Below are positions 36,914-49,246 of a stretch of 64,000 bases of DNA, in pieces. Each line of letters starts with the position of its first letter. Within the stretch, counting starts at the first letter, position 1. The stretch covers positions 7,936,001 through 8,000,000 of the forward strand of contig CM106585.1 in the NCBI GenBank assembly GCA_048013815.1, given 5' to 3'. Origin of the DNA: Setoptus koraiensis (Eukaryota; Animalia; Arthropoda). The notes beneath the pieces were generated by a model. That model did not search any database. It saw only the letters and a program-made list of their open reading frames with translations, and was not told the origin of the DNA. The position numbers were made by a program, and so were the translations under genes.

Positions 36914-38541
36914 GTCACTCAACCGGCGAGCCGCTTTAAGCGGCTCACCCGGCCTATGCAGAGAGTGAACGAGAGAACGGGCGCTTGTTGCGTCATGACA
37001 ACTGCGGGCAACTGTCGACACAAGACACGACGATTGTGTTGTGCTCGTTGACATGACAACTTTTGCAAACAGGTGCCCGATGAGCGAGCGCTTCTTTGTG
37101 CGCCCAAGCGGCTCACTCAAGAGCTCACCTTGCCAATCTCAAGCGGTTTGGTGTAGCCAAGTGTCGTATTGTGTGCAGTGTGTGTGTATGGCGGCAATAA
37201 GTGGGCACGACCAATTCTCATCCATCATTGAGCGGCCAGCGAGTCAGCAGTGCAATGATGTAACAATATTTGTTGTGCTGCTGTTGGCGCAAGCCAGCAA
37301 CAACAACAACAGATCACATTACATTGTGATCAGTGCTGGCGCTGTTGTGATCAGCGACCAACTGTGATCAGTGACTAACTGGCAGCGCGCTGATTGCCGA
37401 TCAGCGTTGCGACTCGCAACAAATTAACATCCACTGCTACAGGTGATTTCGGCGTGACACGCCGGCCGAAAAACAACGCCAGTGAGCAATGTAAACACTT
37501 TCTCATTAATTGTTGCCCAATGTGCAACCGGATCGCACACCGTCTGTCATTACGACACCATCGTATCATAATGGCGTCGTATCGCCCATCGGCCAGCTAA
37601 CTGCGTTAGCCGCACAGCGCAGCCACACGGAAACGGAAAGCATGCTCCCGATTGGCAAGCCAGCTTGTCGTTGTTGTCGCTGTTGCTGCTGCTGCGAGCA
37701 ACAACAACAGTTGTTTCCAATTTGGACGGCAGCGAGCGCCGCCATTACCGTCACTAGTGACTCGCCAGCAGTGACTCGCCAGCAGCGACTCGCCAGCAGT
37801 GAGTGTATCGATTATTAAGCGACAGCATGTAATGAGACAAGCGTGTTAGCCAATTGCTCGGCTGCCAGCCACTCATTATTATCATCGCTGGATGTGATTG
37901 ATTGTGAGAGTGACGTTTCGCAGCCGATAGATGGATAAATGAGAGAATGGTTAGTTAATTGTTTTATCTGGCTGCTGCTGTATTATTCTCAGGCTGGCTG
38001 CTGTTGTCTAAATTGTGTTTGAGTGTGTGTGTGCCATCAACCGGCCGCTAACGAGACCAACACAAAGCCAACAACCAAAAGCCACGGCTACCCAAATCGA
38101 TTCGATATTCCGCGATACTCTCACTGTTGGCTCATTGGCTGGCTAACCGGCCGGCGGATCCTCTGTATAACGGTTATAATGGTCTCGCCGGCTTGTTGGC
38201 CGGCTAACTGGCTCACACTGCCGGCTGGCTCACATTGCTGGCTAGCGAGACCGGCATGTGAGCGGCATGTGAGCGGCATGTGAGCGGCAATAAATTGGCC
38301 GCCTCGAATCGGCGGATAATCCGCCCTCGGTCGGCGTAATCTGGTCGCGGCCGCGATTGCCGTCATGTGATGGCTCGCCAGTTAGCCGAGCCAGTTGGCC
38401 GAGCCAGTTGGCCGAGCCAGTTGGCTCAGCTGACGGCTGGCTGCGGCCGGCGCAAAACAATTGATTGCATTGTGTGCGCCGGCAACCACTATGATTAGTA
38501 TAACATGATCACACCTAATTTGAGTCACCTTTGCCAGCTCG

Positions 38542-38639
38542 GCATCACGCTGGCAGCATCGCGCCGGCAGCATCACACTGGCAGCATCACACTGGCAACA
38601 TTACGCTGGCAACATTACGCTGGCAACATTACGCTGGCA
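38542..38639 (+). repeat. 14-bp minisatellite x7 (gcatcacactggca grading to acattacgctggca)
   Basis: Seen directly. Confidence 0.92.
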
Positions 38640-40060
38640 AACTGTCCAACGCTGTGTAATGTTGTGTAATGCCCTAATGCCAAAATGACGTAATGCCCTA
38701 ATGCTGTAATGCCGATAGTTACGTAATGCCGCAATGTTGCAATGTTGTAATGCCGTCGTGCTGCAATGCAACGCCGGCAACCGAGCTTGCGGCCGCAACG
38801 TCGACGGGCCAGACACTGATTACGACACTATGTGTGTTCTGCTAATCCCTGTGTGTGCGCAGCCAGCATTATATTATTATATAATATCGTATAACATGAT
38901 ATTACATAATACAATATTAGACAATATGCAGACGAGACGCTGTTGTCATTGTTGCCGATTGTTGTTTATTGCTACTTTACCATTTTAAAAGCCAATTTAC
39001 TCTCTCGTCGGTCTCGTCTCGCACTGGCCGTCGCCAGCTCGGCAGCTCGGCGGCTCGCCAGCTCGGCAGCAACCGGCTCTCTGGAGTGGCTGTCAGCGCC
39101 AGTTGTGAGACAAGGTAAAACTCCGCCGCAGCCACCACAATGAGCAATAACTTTTCAAACATTTTGTGGCACACACATTAATGGTGAAAACTTTCTCTCC
39201 AACCGCAACAACGACAACGACAACAGCAACAACGACAACGACGACAACAATACACTTGACAATAGCATTATCGTCATCCTGATTAGATTGGCCCTTGCGA
39301 GACTGTTCAGCCCTTGTGGCGCGCACACAATGGCGTGAACAGCCATCGACGACCAACGTTATGTCATCCTGTGTCATAATTGTCACCGGCCGAGCATACA
39401 AGACACACAACACACACACACTCGGCATGACGGTGGCGAGCCAAAATAATAATACTGTAATGTTGTAAAAAACGACAAACAACGGCGAGCGGGCACAAAA
39501 GCAGAAAGAATAAAATAAAACGAAACGAAATAAAAATAAAAATAAATCTCGGCGGCCAGCAGTGACGACACAGCAACAAACATGCTCCAGATAATGCTAA
39601 ATTGATTGCGATTGCCTCTCTGCTGCGATGCTGCACCGTCACAAACGACAATTAATTTAAGTTAATTTGGAGCCAACCGCCAACGACGCTGCTATTTATG
39701 CCGCTGTCGGCGTTGTTGTTGTTGTCGTTGCTGTTGCTGTTGCTGTTGTTGCTGTCGCTGTCGCTGTTGTTGCTGTCGACACTGTTGCTGCCGTTGTCGC
39801 ACCATCCGTTGCATCCACAATAAACAATCGCAGTCGACAATCCACAATCAACAATGATGCTGCGCAAACAAGCGGCCTAATGACGTCACCATGAATGAAT
39901 GGGCCAGAGTGAACTATATTCGAAAGAACAATTGATCCACTGTGATATTTATCGACAATCGCGCCGGCCCGGCCGAAACGAACCAATCTCGATCGCTGTC
40001 GTCCGACGGCGTCCAATCGCAACGGCGCCAATATTGCCCACATCGATTTGTTGCCCGTCC

Positions 40061-40153
40061 GCTGGCGCAGTCTTGGCCGAGCGGCGGCCTCGCCGGCGCC
40101 ACTTCGACGCTGGGAGCGCGCCGGCGAGGCCGCTCGGCCAAGACCGCGCCAGC
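40061..40153. other. 93-nt GC-rich hairpin (35 paired positions, 18-nt loop)
   Basis: GCTGGCGC-a-GTCTTGGCCGAGCGG-cgg-CCTCGCCGGCGC pairs with GCGCCGGCGAGG-CCGCTCGGCCAAGAC-c-GCGCCAGC. Confidence 0.85.
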
Positions 40154-43100
40154 CGGTGCACAGTTGCCGCTCGGCCATTGTGCGGCTATTGGCTATGCCA
40201 ATTGTACGCCAGTTTTCTGGCGAATAGCGGATGTTGTTGTTGTTGCTGTTGTTGCTGTTGCTGCTGGTGTTGGTGTTGTTGTTGCTGTTGCTGTTGGCCA
40301 TTGTATTGTTGGTGCTCACGGCTCGATCTTGTGCACACTTGAGAGCGGCGGCCGTGTGGCTGTTGCCATTGTATCATTTTGGTCGTTGGCTGTTGTTACA
40401 GCCGGCTCGAAATGCAGCAAGTTGGTGGTGGCGTCAGCGACAACAAATGTAGTTTTTACACAATTTCTTGACACACACACTGAGCGCTATATGGGCACGC
40501 TGCATAATAATAATAATCGCCGGCTGTAACATCATGAAACATATGAATATTAATATATTCATAAGTTTGTATTTATTGGCTGCTGGCGTGCCTTTTCAAT
40601 AATATCGTCCCGTCTGTTTTGGCCGCCATTTTCACTGTTACATCACACAACTTTTATAATAATAGTAATAATAATAACGAGCTAGGATAATAATAGACAG
40701 TCAAGGTCTGGCCAACTGGCAACTGACAGTGCGGCTGCCGGTGTCGTATCATGACATGCACATGACCGGCTAAGCAGCATCACGCCAAGCCGGTGCCAAG
40801 CTAACCGGCGGCCGGCCGGCCAACTGTTGCTGGCCATTGTTGGCCAGCGTATAATTGTTGATGCATATAAATTGTCTATTAGTATCCGTCAAAGATTGAT
40901 TAGTCCGAGACAAACGCAGAGTGTGAGCTAATTTATGGTAACAAGCAATTTACATACTGTGGGTATAAATAAATAGAGAGAATAAATTGAGAATGAGAAG
41001 AAGAAGAAGCGGCTCGTCGCGGCAACTCAATAGTTTCAAATTTCAAGTCGCCGCAATTGGCAATCGTTGCAAGCTGGAGCGACACAAACATTGTTTGTGT
41101 CGCTCGGCAACCGCTCGCTTGCCGACTGCTGGCTTGCCAACCATCGGCTCGGCAACCGTTGGCTCGGCAACCGTTGGCTCGCCGACTGCTGGCTCGCCAA
41201 CAATTGGCTTGCCAGCGACTGTTGGCAAGCCAGCAAACAAAGAACCAATGCTTATCTAGATACCAAGCAATGGTATCTAGATCTCTCCGCACACACACAC
41301 ACACACGCACACATATATGGACATTGATGGATTTACATTTGTACTCATGAATCAAACACTAAATGGTTAATGCATGTAAATGAAAACCACAGAGGTGTAT
41401 GGCTGGTGTAGGGCCGTTGTTAGCCCAGTTTGTTCACAACACAAAATCATATATCATCTTTTATTTCATTCCGTCGCTGCTGTGATATTCTTACACTTGA
41501 AATCAGTGCGCATATCTAAATAACTGGCAACACACAACCGGCCAAGCCCCCTCTGTCAAGCTTGTTAGCCAGTCAGCCGGCTGTGAATTCAACACACAAA
41601 GCGCCCACTTACGTAATGGTGACGGTGCACACAAGTGTGGTGCAAAATGTTAAAATGTGTGTTTGTGTGTCTGTGCACTAGCTAACAAACCAGCTAGCTT
41701 GCCAGCGCGACTAACAAGTGATTGGCTGAACAAAATTTCAATCGCGTATCGCTGGTGTGCTCCAGATTATATTAGACATTGCTGCTAATTGTGTGAAATT
41801 TGATAAAGTTCCGTTAGTTGCCGGCAACCGACACATCAACGAATACAGAAACTCGATGCAGTCACAGCTTGGTGTGGTTGCCATCTCAACTCGCCGACTC
41901 GCACTGCGTTAATCTAGATTGAGATAAAATATTTAGAAAGTTGCCTCTTGTTATTGTTGCTATCATTGTCACTATATGACAATCACACCACATATATACA
42001 TTTATATATATCTATTATTCCACGCCAACTACACGCCAGCAACATGATTGAGAAAAGAGATACTGCTGTCGCACTGCTAATAATAATAAATCATTAGTTA
42101 TTATTAGTGATAGAAATTGCTAGAAAACTGTCTATTGTCTAATTGTTGCCACTTGCTGCTACTGATATGTCAAACTCATTTAGTCACTCTTTTGCACTTG
42201 ATGTTGGCGCTTGTATGTGTGATCCACTTAGATAGTTGGCGACACTATTCAACTTTCAAGAGATTCTCTAGAGAGCCGACACAAACGATTCAGTGGCGCC
42301 CACATCTATTTATTATCTAAAGTGTGTCTATTATCTAATGAGCATCACAAAATTGCCGTTGTGTCTGCCTCTATTCAGGCTAGCACCATTCAACTATCCA
42401 CCACTAACTATTTAATTTAGCAACAGATGATATAGAGAAGTCAGTCTCAATCAAGCCACTTCGCTAACAGCAACAACAAACAGAAATAAAACAAAGCCTG
42501 TTTGTTACTTGCTGGCCTCCAATCGCATCATTAACAAACATTGTTCAAGATTACAACCAATAGAGATATATTAAAGATACAGCAATAATAAAACAATATA
42601 TCACACAATCAATAGACAATTAGGAGCCTCAATGGAAAAAATTCCTTGACGCAAAATTGTTGTTATTGTTGGCTCGTAATTTGATTTGATAATTACAGCA
42701 ATAACACTAGTCCATTCATCACCTTCAAACAGAAAACCGACACTAACTGACTGCAGGTCTCACACATTTAAGCAACCTACCGGATGATGACAACCGGAAC
42801 CATTTTTTTCTCTGTCTCTCTGTCTTATGGTTCGGTATCAGGTGATACATTCAGTGAGTGTAAAGTTGCAACTTTTACTCTACAATAAGTTATGATCGAG
42901 TCATTCAGATCAGCCTCGATTTCTTTTTTACCACAAAGTGCTGGCTATACAGCGCGAGACAGTCGAATTCGGTGATTGTCGGATGATCTTTCCATTTATC
43001 ACCTGTCCGATCGCTTCCATAACTTGTGAAGATTGGCCGAAAAAGGTCGCAAACATGCAAATATCGGCACTGACAAATTGTGAGTGAGAAATTCCATTTG

Positions 43101-44162
43101 TGCTGGGATGAGTTGACCTACAAACATACTAATCGTGATCTGTCGCTTTCGTCCAATTATTAATTGTTGAATAATTATCGCAAATGAACCATGGATATGC
43201 TCTGACTCATCGACTAATCTGTTGCACGCATGTCAACAGGTGAATCGAACAATAATTTCAAGAGAACGCCATATCATGTCACTATCCGACTTCCTCATGA
43301 CTCATGACACTACAAGTCAAATGAGACAACTGACTGTCAGTTACTATTGACAACAACTATCACATTGCATCTAGGTGTTTGTTTCATGATAAATAACCCA
43401 GAGTAATCCTAATGCTGTCAACTGACACCTTTACGAGAGAAATATCGACCGTTTAATGTGACATAACTCATTGAAACGATTTGTTAGCTGTTCATTTCTA
43501 TGTGTTCGTGTCTAGTGTTCCAACAGTCTGAGGATATGTTCAACTGTGCACCGAAACACTTTCGATATAATTCATTGAAGGCACTTTTCACTTATTTGTC
43601 GAATGCTTTAAATCAATTATACTCTAAAACCGGAAGTGAAAGTTTCCGCTATCTCTGGCTCATTTTCAGCATCCAGTCAACCGATAATAATGACGATGAA
43701 CAAGGTTATTTTCTTGGGCGGCACTGACACTAACAAGCAACAAGAGAACAACAAATGGACGAGACATGCTTATTTGGCAGCACAAAATAAGTGCACTTGA
43801 TGTTACAGTGATCAGGCAGTCGATAACGCACTAATTTACTAGTGTCGCGACGAACCGATTTCTAATCAATGAAAAGATAAACTAATTCTGAACGGTCCGA
43901 AACGAATGAACTCTCGAACCGGATGAACCGATCGCAAATTCGAGGATCTCAGGTGAGCTCAGGTGCACAGATAATGATCGAATCTCTTGTTCATTGACTT
44001 GACTGTGACACGGCGGCACGACACGTTTCTTTGTTGTTGTGCATGATCATGTGGGGTAGAACACGTGAGATCTGTTTTGCTTTAAGCAAGCATTCAAGAT
44101 ATCATCACGATTTAATATTATATTATATTAATATTTTACATTCTGAAACACAAATTCAGCTT

Positions 44163-45050
44163 ATGAATTCATCAAACAATCAATCTGATGACCTGCAATT
44201 GTCGGGTGGTACAACTTCAAACAATACCTATCACTCTGCCAATCCCATAGAGTTGAGCGATGAGGATATCATAAGGATTCAGCAAGAGCAACCAGTTAGC
44301 AATTTTATGAAACACAAATTAGAAAAGGATGCGAAGAAAAATTGGGATCTATTTTATAAAAGAAATGGAGATAGATTCTTCAAACATCGCTACTGGACCA
44401 AGAGGGAATTTGAAGAGCTTTACTCACTGGATGAACCCAATAAATCAGGTGACACGGCCAGAAAATATCTCCTCGAAATTGGTTGTGGTTGCGGGGATTT
44501 CGCATTGCCATTGTTAGAATCTGGATGTGAATTCTTCATTTATTGCTGTGATTTTTCTGACAAAGCCATAGAGATACTAACGAATAACGATTTATACAAA
44601 CAAAAACAAAACATTCAAGTGAAGGCGTTTGTTGCCGATGCTACTGTTGATGGAAAACTGAAACAAGGACTAGATGCCAACGAAATGGATATTGTCAGCA
44701 TGATATTTGTATTATCAGCAATAGATCCAACCAAGGTGAAACAAGCCCTCAAAAACGTTTTCGAAGTACTGAAGCCAGGTGGTATGGTGTTGTTTCGTGA
44801 TTATGCTCTGTACGACTATGCTATGTTGAGGTTTAAGCAGGGCCATAAAATATCCGAAAACTTCTATTTCAGACAAGATGGCACAATGGCCTACTTTTTC
44901 GACAAAGATCTCGTGTCAAATATATTCTCGGAGTGTGGCTTTGAGATTATCAATGTTGAATATGTGAGAAGACAAACAATTAATGTAGGAGAAAATCTTG
45001 ACGCAAGCAGAATATTTGTTCAAGGTAAATTCAGGAAGCCTGTGATATGA
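44163..45050 (+). CDS. METTL6: tRNA m3C methyltransferase METTL6-like, 295 aa, intronless CDS
   Basis: AKKNWDLFYKRN..FFK.R.WT.REFEEL, LLEIGCGCG (SAM motif I), IYCCDFS..AI, IFVLSAIDP, LKPGG.VLFRDY..YDYAMLRF, NFYFRQDGT.AYFF, F.QGKF.KP. Start placed at ATG 44163 after acceptor attcag (44159); the longer ORF-track start is an alternative codon. Confidence 0.92.
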   Translation: MNSSNNQSDDLQLSGGTTSNNTYHSANPIELSDEDIIRIQQEQPVSNFMKHKLEKDAKKNWDLFYKRNGDRFFKHRYWTKREFEELYSLDEPNKSGDTARKYLLEIGCGCGDFALPLLESGCEFFIYCCDFSDKAIEILTNNDLYKQKQNIQVKAFVADATVDGKLKQGLDANEMDIVSMIFVLSAIDPTKVKQALKNVFEVLKPGGMVLFRDYALYDYAMLRFKQGHKISENFYFRQDGTMAYFFDKDLVSNIFSECGFEIINVEYVRRQTINVGENLDASRIFVQGKFRKPVI

Positions 45051-45434
45051 TAACTGGATGTTGTCATTCAGTGATGTCTCTTCTATAATAGTTATGTAAT
45101 ATCTATTTCTGACAAGAATCTGTCGAGGAGAAAACTTTCAACACAGATTATGCCCTCGGAGTTCTGTAAACAATGACTACTGCCACTCTGCAAGGACATG
45201 AAATATCATACCATTCACAAAAGCTGGAGTTCGCAGGAAACTTCAGTCGGCCCGAAAGTCAATAACGAGTTTATGTGATTGCTTATCTGACACCCCAAAT
45301 CTAGGCGAATAATATTATCGGAGGACAACATATTAGACAACGGGTTTCAGTGCTAAAACTCAATGTAGAATACAAGTAAAGGTTTTATTGTTTTGCTATG
45401 AATAGAAAGCTTCATCAAGTGTGCTACATATTCA

Positions 45435-46553
45435 TTACCTTTTTCCTTTCGGTCTGAGATCTTCGTAACATTCATGGAATAAAATACGATTTTTCGTTTG
45501 TGCAGGATTGTAACCTTCGTGTCCTTTTGACCAATCATAGCCAATTGAGTAGGCAAATATGTCACCACGTGAATTAAAACAGCAACGAGTTATAGATTGC
45601 TCGTATCTGTCGATATTTTTCAGTCTTGTTCTGGCGTCCTTGTCCCAAAAACTGTATGCGCCATCAGATCCTACGGTTGCCATAGTTCCGTGTTCCGGAT
45701 GGAAAGCAATATCGTTGACAGCATAAATGTCTTGAACGTTACTAGGATTCGTTGCGTTCTGTCTGTGGCACTTGAATGTAAAATTGGACTTGGGATCCTT
45801 TGTTTGAACATATTGTACAGCAACCCTACCCTCTATGGATCCTAAAGCATAACCTGTGGGCTCTTTTTTCGCGTCACAAAATATTGACACGCAACGATGC
45901 TGAAATTTAAGGGGCGACTCACTAACTTGAATTTGCATTGGCTGTGGCTCTAGCTTATATATAAATACGCTCCTGTCAGCTGTTGACACAACAGCTAGTC
46001 CACGATGAGCGTCGGCGCAATAGGCTCTTTCAGGTAGATTGAGTGTCATAATTGGTTTGGGTGATCTCAGGTCCCAGAATTTGATACTCTTATCCCAACT
46101 GGCTGTCATGATACAAGAATAATTCGATGCTCTGATCCAATGTACGGACTTGACGGCGTTATCGTGTTGTGCCACTTGAACATGCTGATTACTGATAAAG
46201 TCCCACATTTTCACCGTTTTATCTATAGAGGCAGTAAAAGCCTTTGTGCCATCGTCACACCAGGCCACATCCAATACGGGCCCTTGGTGTTGTTGTTGAG
46301 CTTTTGGTTCGCCGACCCATTTGTTGGTTGTGTTGTTCTTAGTGACTTGCCAGCATCTGACTTGATTGTCCCAGGAGCCGGCTATGAAATAATATGTTGG
46401 ACCGGCATTACAGATTGGGTTAAATCCCATACTAGCCACCGTATCTTCTGGCGGCGTTGTAACTTCACCATCAGTCATGTTTTTCTGTTCTTGAGTGCCG
46501 AATAAATTGTTAGACGGATTGCCAAACACTGAGGGTGACGACCAAGCGTTCAT
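45435..46553 (-). CDS. Rae1: mRNA export factor Rae1 (WD40), 372 aa, intronless CDS; probable 5' UTR intron about 46562-46690
   Basis: AGSWDNQVRCW, GPVLDVAW.DDGTK.FTAS.DKT.KMWD, MTASWDKSIKFWD.R, LPERAYCAD, SPLKFQHRC, GYALGSIEGRVA, FTFKCHR, YAVNDIAFHPEHGTMATVGSDG, IFAYSIGYDWSKGHE. Confidence 0.97.
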   Translation of the reverse strand: MNAWSSPSVFGNPSNNLFGTQEQKNMTDGEVTTPPEDTVASMGFNPICNAGPTYYFIAGSWDNQVRCWQVTKNNTTNKWVGEPKAQQQHQGPVLDVAWCDDGTKAFTASIDKTVKMWDFISNQHVQVAQHDNAVKSVHWIRASNYSCIMTASWDKSIKFWDLRSPKPIMTLNLPERAYCADAHRGLAVVSTADRSVFIYKLEPQPMQIQVSESPLKFQHRCVSIFCDAKKEPTGYALGSIEGRVAVQYVQTKDPKSNFTFKCHRQNATNPSNVQDIYAVNDIAFHPEHGTMATVGSDGAYSFWDKDARTRLKNIDRYEQSITRCCFNSRGDIFAYSIGYDWSKGHEGYNPAQTKNRILFHECYEDLRPKGKR

Positions 46554-47163
46554 GATGTAGCCTTTTAGTGATCTGGTGGCTCAATAATAGTAGTCTAGCG
46601 ATAATCGATAGTGACAATGATAATAACACTGATAATACTATTACATCAATGTCTACATTTGTTTTTTTCTAGTTCAATCTCATACATTTACCTGCCGCAA
46701 TGTCCACAATGTGTTTATTGTGTATGCCATTTTCTGGGTGCACTTTCACTCATATAACAAAAACATCCGCAAGAGGCGCTGGTGTCGCTCTCGGAAAGCC
46801 CATAGGCAAGCGTGGAGTGTGCCGCAAAAATATTTCAAACCCCTTCCTTTTTTGCTCTCACTCAAGCGCGCAATGAGTGTGTGTGTGTGTGTTTACTCGA
46901 CAACTTGGAAACAAAAAAGTAAGCCAAGAGCGCCGCCCTCGCGGACACAAACATAAATCAGTGTGAGTGCATTGAAAAACATCGAACAGCACAATCGGAC
47001 AGAATGATTTTGCGAGTGAATTTGGCGAATCCTTGGCGCTAGTTTCAAACATAATTAACTCTGAAAGTTCAGGTTTAAATTCTGATTCGGAGAGTTGGTT
47101 TAATAAAAAGTACAAGAATTTCAAATATTGATCACTTCTAAGACAATGCTGGTTTGTTTGTAG

Positions 47164-47538
47164 CAGAGCATGAGTGGATCGCTCGAGGAGAAATCCCGGT
47201 TGCCTAAACTGCTCTCACGAGCGCCACCGGGAGCACCTGTTTTCTGCGGATGGTGCCGGAAGCTCGAGTCGACAAAGCCAAATTGATCGGTGAATCGCGC
47301 CGACCGGAAAGGTCAAACTGCCGACGAGTTTATATGCTGTCGGTGAGTTCGACAGTATGTAAAGTCGAGCAAGCACGATTGGCCTCGGATGGGGACCGAT
47401 TCGTCTAATTGCCAGTCCATATTGGGACATGATTGCGTTGACTGGCGAACTGACAGATTCGACAGGTGCGCTGTGAGCGCGTACTAGTGATTTCGCACTT
47501 GTCAGTTTGCTGTCAACTGACAACTGCATGATATGAAG
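47164..47538 (+). other. Probable non-coding (5' UTR) exon, possibly of the NRF-6-like gene, containing a 38-aa uORF
   Basis: Repeat-free, GC-richer block between acceptor tttgtttgtag(cag) and donor gaag|gtaacg. All plus frames contain stops. An upstream donor (aaaa|gtaagc, about 46919) sits head-to-head with the Rae1 5' end. Confidence 0.35.
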
Positions 47539-49203
47539 GTAACGCGTGTGAACAATACGTCACTATACCGGTACATATAAACGGTACTGTAATAAATACT
47601 GTAATACTGTGCAATGGTATCGTATCTTGATGACAGACTGACGACAACGATAACGAGCGAATAACGGCCTATCGTTGGCGCGCGCTGCCGACTGTCACAA
47701 TTAATTGTCCCTTGGAATTCGTCAGTTGATATTTATGAGGATATATAAAGTGTAGCTGTAATAAGATAATGCAAGATAATGAGAGGCAAGCAAAGTTGAG
47801 AGTAATGATACAAGTGAGCTCTGGTGAGAAGAAGCGAGAGAAATGAGAAAAATGTTGATACATTCGTGACTCTAAACGTCATTGGACTAGTTTTTGCCGG
47901 CAAACTATCGACGACCCACGCTTGCCATTGTCGGCTGGCTAATTATAACTGTAAAAGTTTTGAAAATGTGTGCATAGTTGAATGAAAAATTTGTTGGCAC
48001 GCCAACACACGCAAATAGATTCATATTTATGGTGTTAAAGTATCAAAGTTGTATCGACAATCACAATAATAGTATTAATGAAATTTTTCGTGATCATTAT
48101 ACACACATTTGTTGCTGTTATTGCCAGTATTATAATTATGATGATTGTCGTCGGCAAACAATGATTTGTGTTTCTCATGCCGGCTAATTAATCATTTATT
48201 ATTTGGCTTTGGTTATAACGTCTTGGTGTTGGTCGGTTGTGGCTGCAAATATTTAGATAAGGCTTGATATATGGAAGCGAGCGGTTGAGAAAAAGTTAAG
48301 GAAAAAGTGTTAGTTTTATTGACTGCTGCTAACACTTTGAGCCATTGAGTAGCGATTTATCTGCGTGAAACACTCGTGTGAATCATTCAATTATCCGAAT
48401 GCGCGAATGCAACAATAGCGACAGCAATCGTACTGGCAGTTGTTGCAACAATGATTGACGCCGTCAAGACGCCAAGACGCCAAGACGCTACTGAATAACG
48501 ATAATGATAACAAATTAATGATATTGTAATTGACCTAAAAATATTGCCTCGAGCTTGTCGGAGCAAACCATCGTCAAACGAACAATAAATACCCAATGAT
48601 AGGGCCAAGCGCAATTGAATAAAGCACGTCGAGCGCGTTTGTTGGAGGCGAACGAGGAGGAAGGGCAGTAGGATGAAATGGCAAATTAATCAAAAATCAG
48701 TATCATCGCATTCATCAGCAGGCTGATTGATGAATGGCTGCCAGAGAATTCTATTGTTAACTGTCAGCCAGATTGATACATGTTTAGCGGGGATAATAAT
48801 AAGTTCTTTGTGGGTATAGACTTGGTTCGTTTATTAATATATTTTTCTATTTGCCTGGCTCACTGTTGTTCTTGGTCGCCTACTATGGGTGGCTCTTTCA
48901 TTTATTCTCACTTGTCAGAGTAAAAATAAAAATTGTGTGCAAGTCCAATAATAAACTAGTTTAATTTGAGCTAGATCAAGTATTAGTGGTGGCAACAATG
49001 TTTTCAGCCAGCACTCCCCATGCCCAGCTATTTGCTATTGGCGTATTGTATGAACTGTACTGACACTGCTAAGAGTTGCTTGAGCCGTTAATGAGATAAA
49101 AAGTGAAAGTATCATGCATGTAATAGTAAGAAAAAGTATAAATTCTTTGCGAAGACTACACCTGCCAGAGCTGCGAAGAACGACGGTGACGGCGACTGCG
49201 ACC

Positions 49204-49244
<41 letters not shown>
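49204..49244 (+). repeat. (ACG)n microsatellite
   Basis: Seen directly. Confidence 0.92.

Positions 49245-49246
<2 letters not shown>

Noticed and set aside
36679-38856. Identical 15-mer gctaatccctgtgtg at about 36679 and 38841 (contains the K50 homeodomain site TAATCC)
   Set aside because: Only two copies and partly low-complexity (tgtg); not enough to call.
44031-44162. Longer ORF-track starts for METTL6 (also FLVCR 17139, PEBP 22263, COPE 62869, gro 61028)
   Set aside because: The extensions use bacterial-style alternative start codons and/or run through intron-like sequence with AG acceptors; homology begins downstream.
47170-47330. Short matches to SRP (7SL) RNA words (ggatcgctcgag, ggttgcctaa, ggtgaa...ggaaaggtcaaact)
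   Set aside because: Spacing is not collinear with SRP RNA and the helix-8 symmetric loop is missing; probably chance. An Infernal/Rfam search would settle it.
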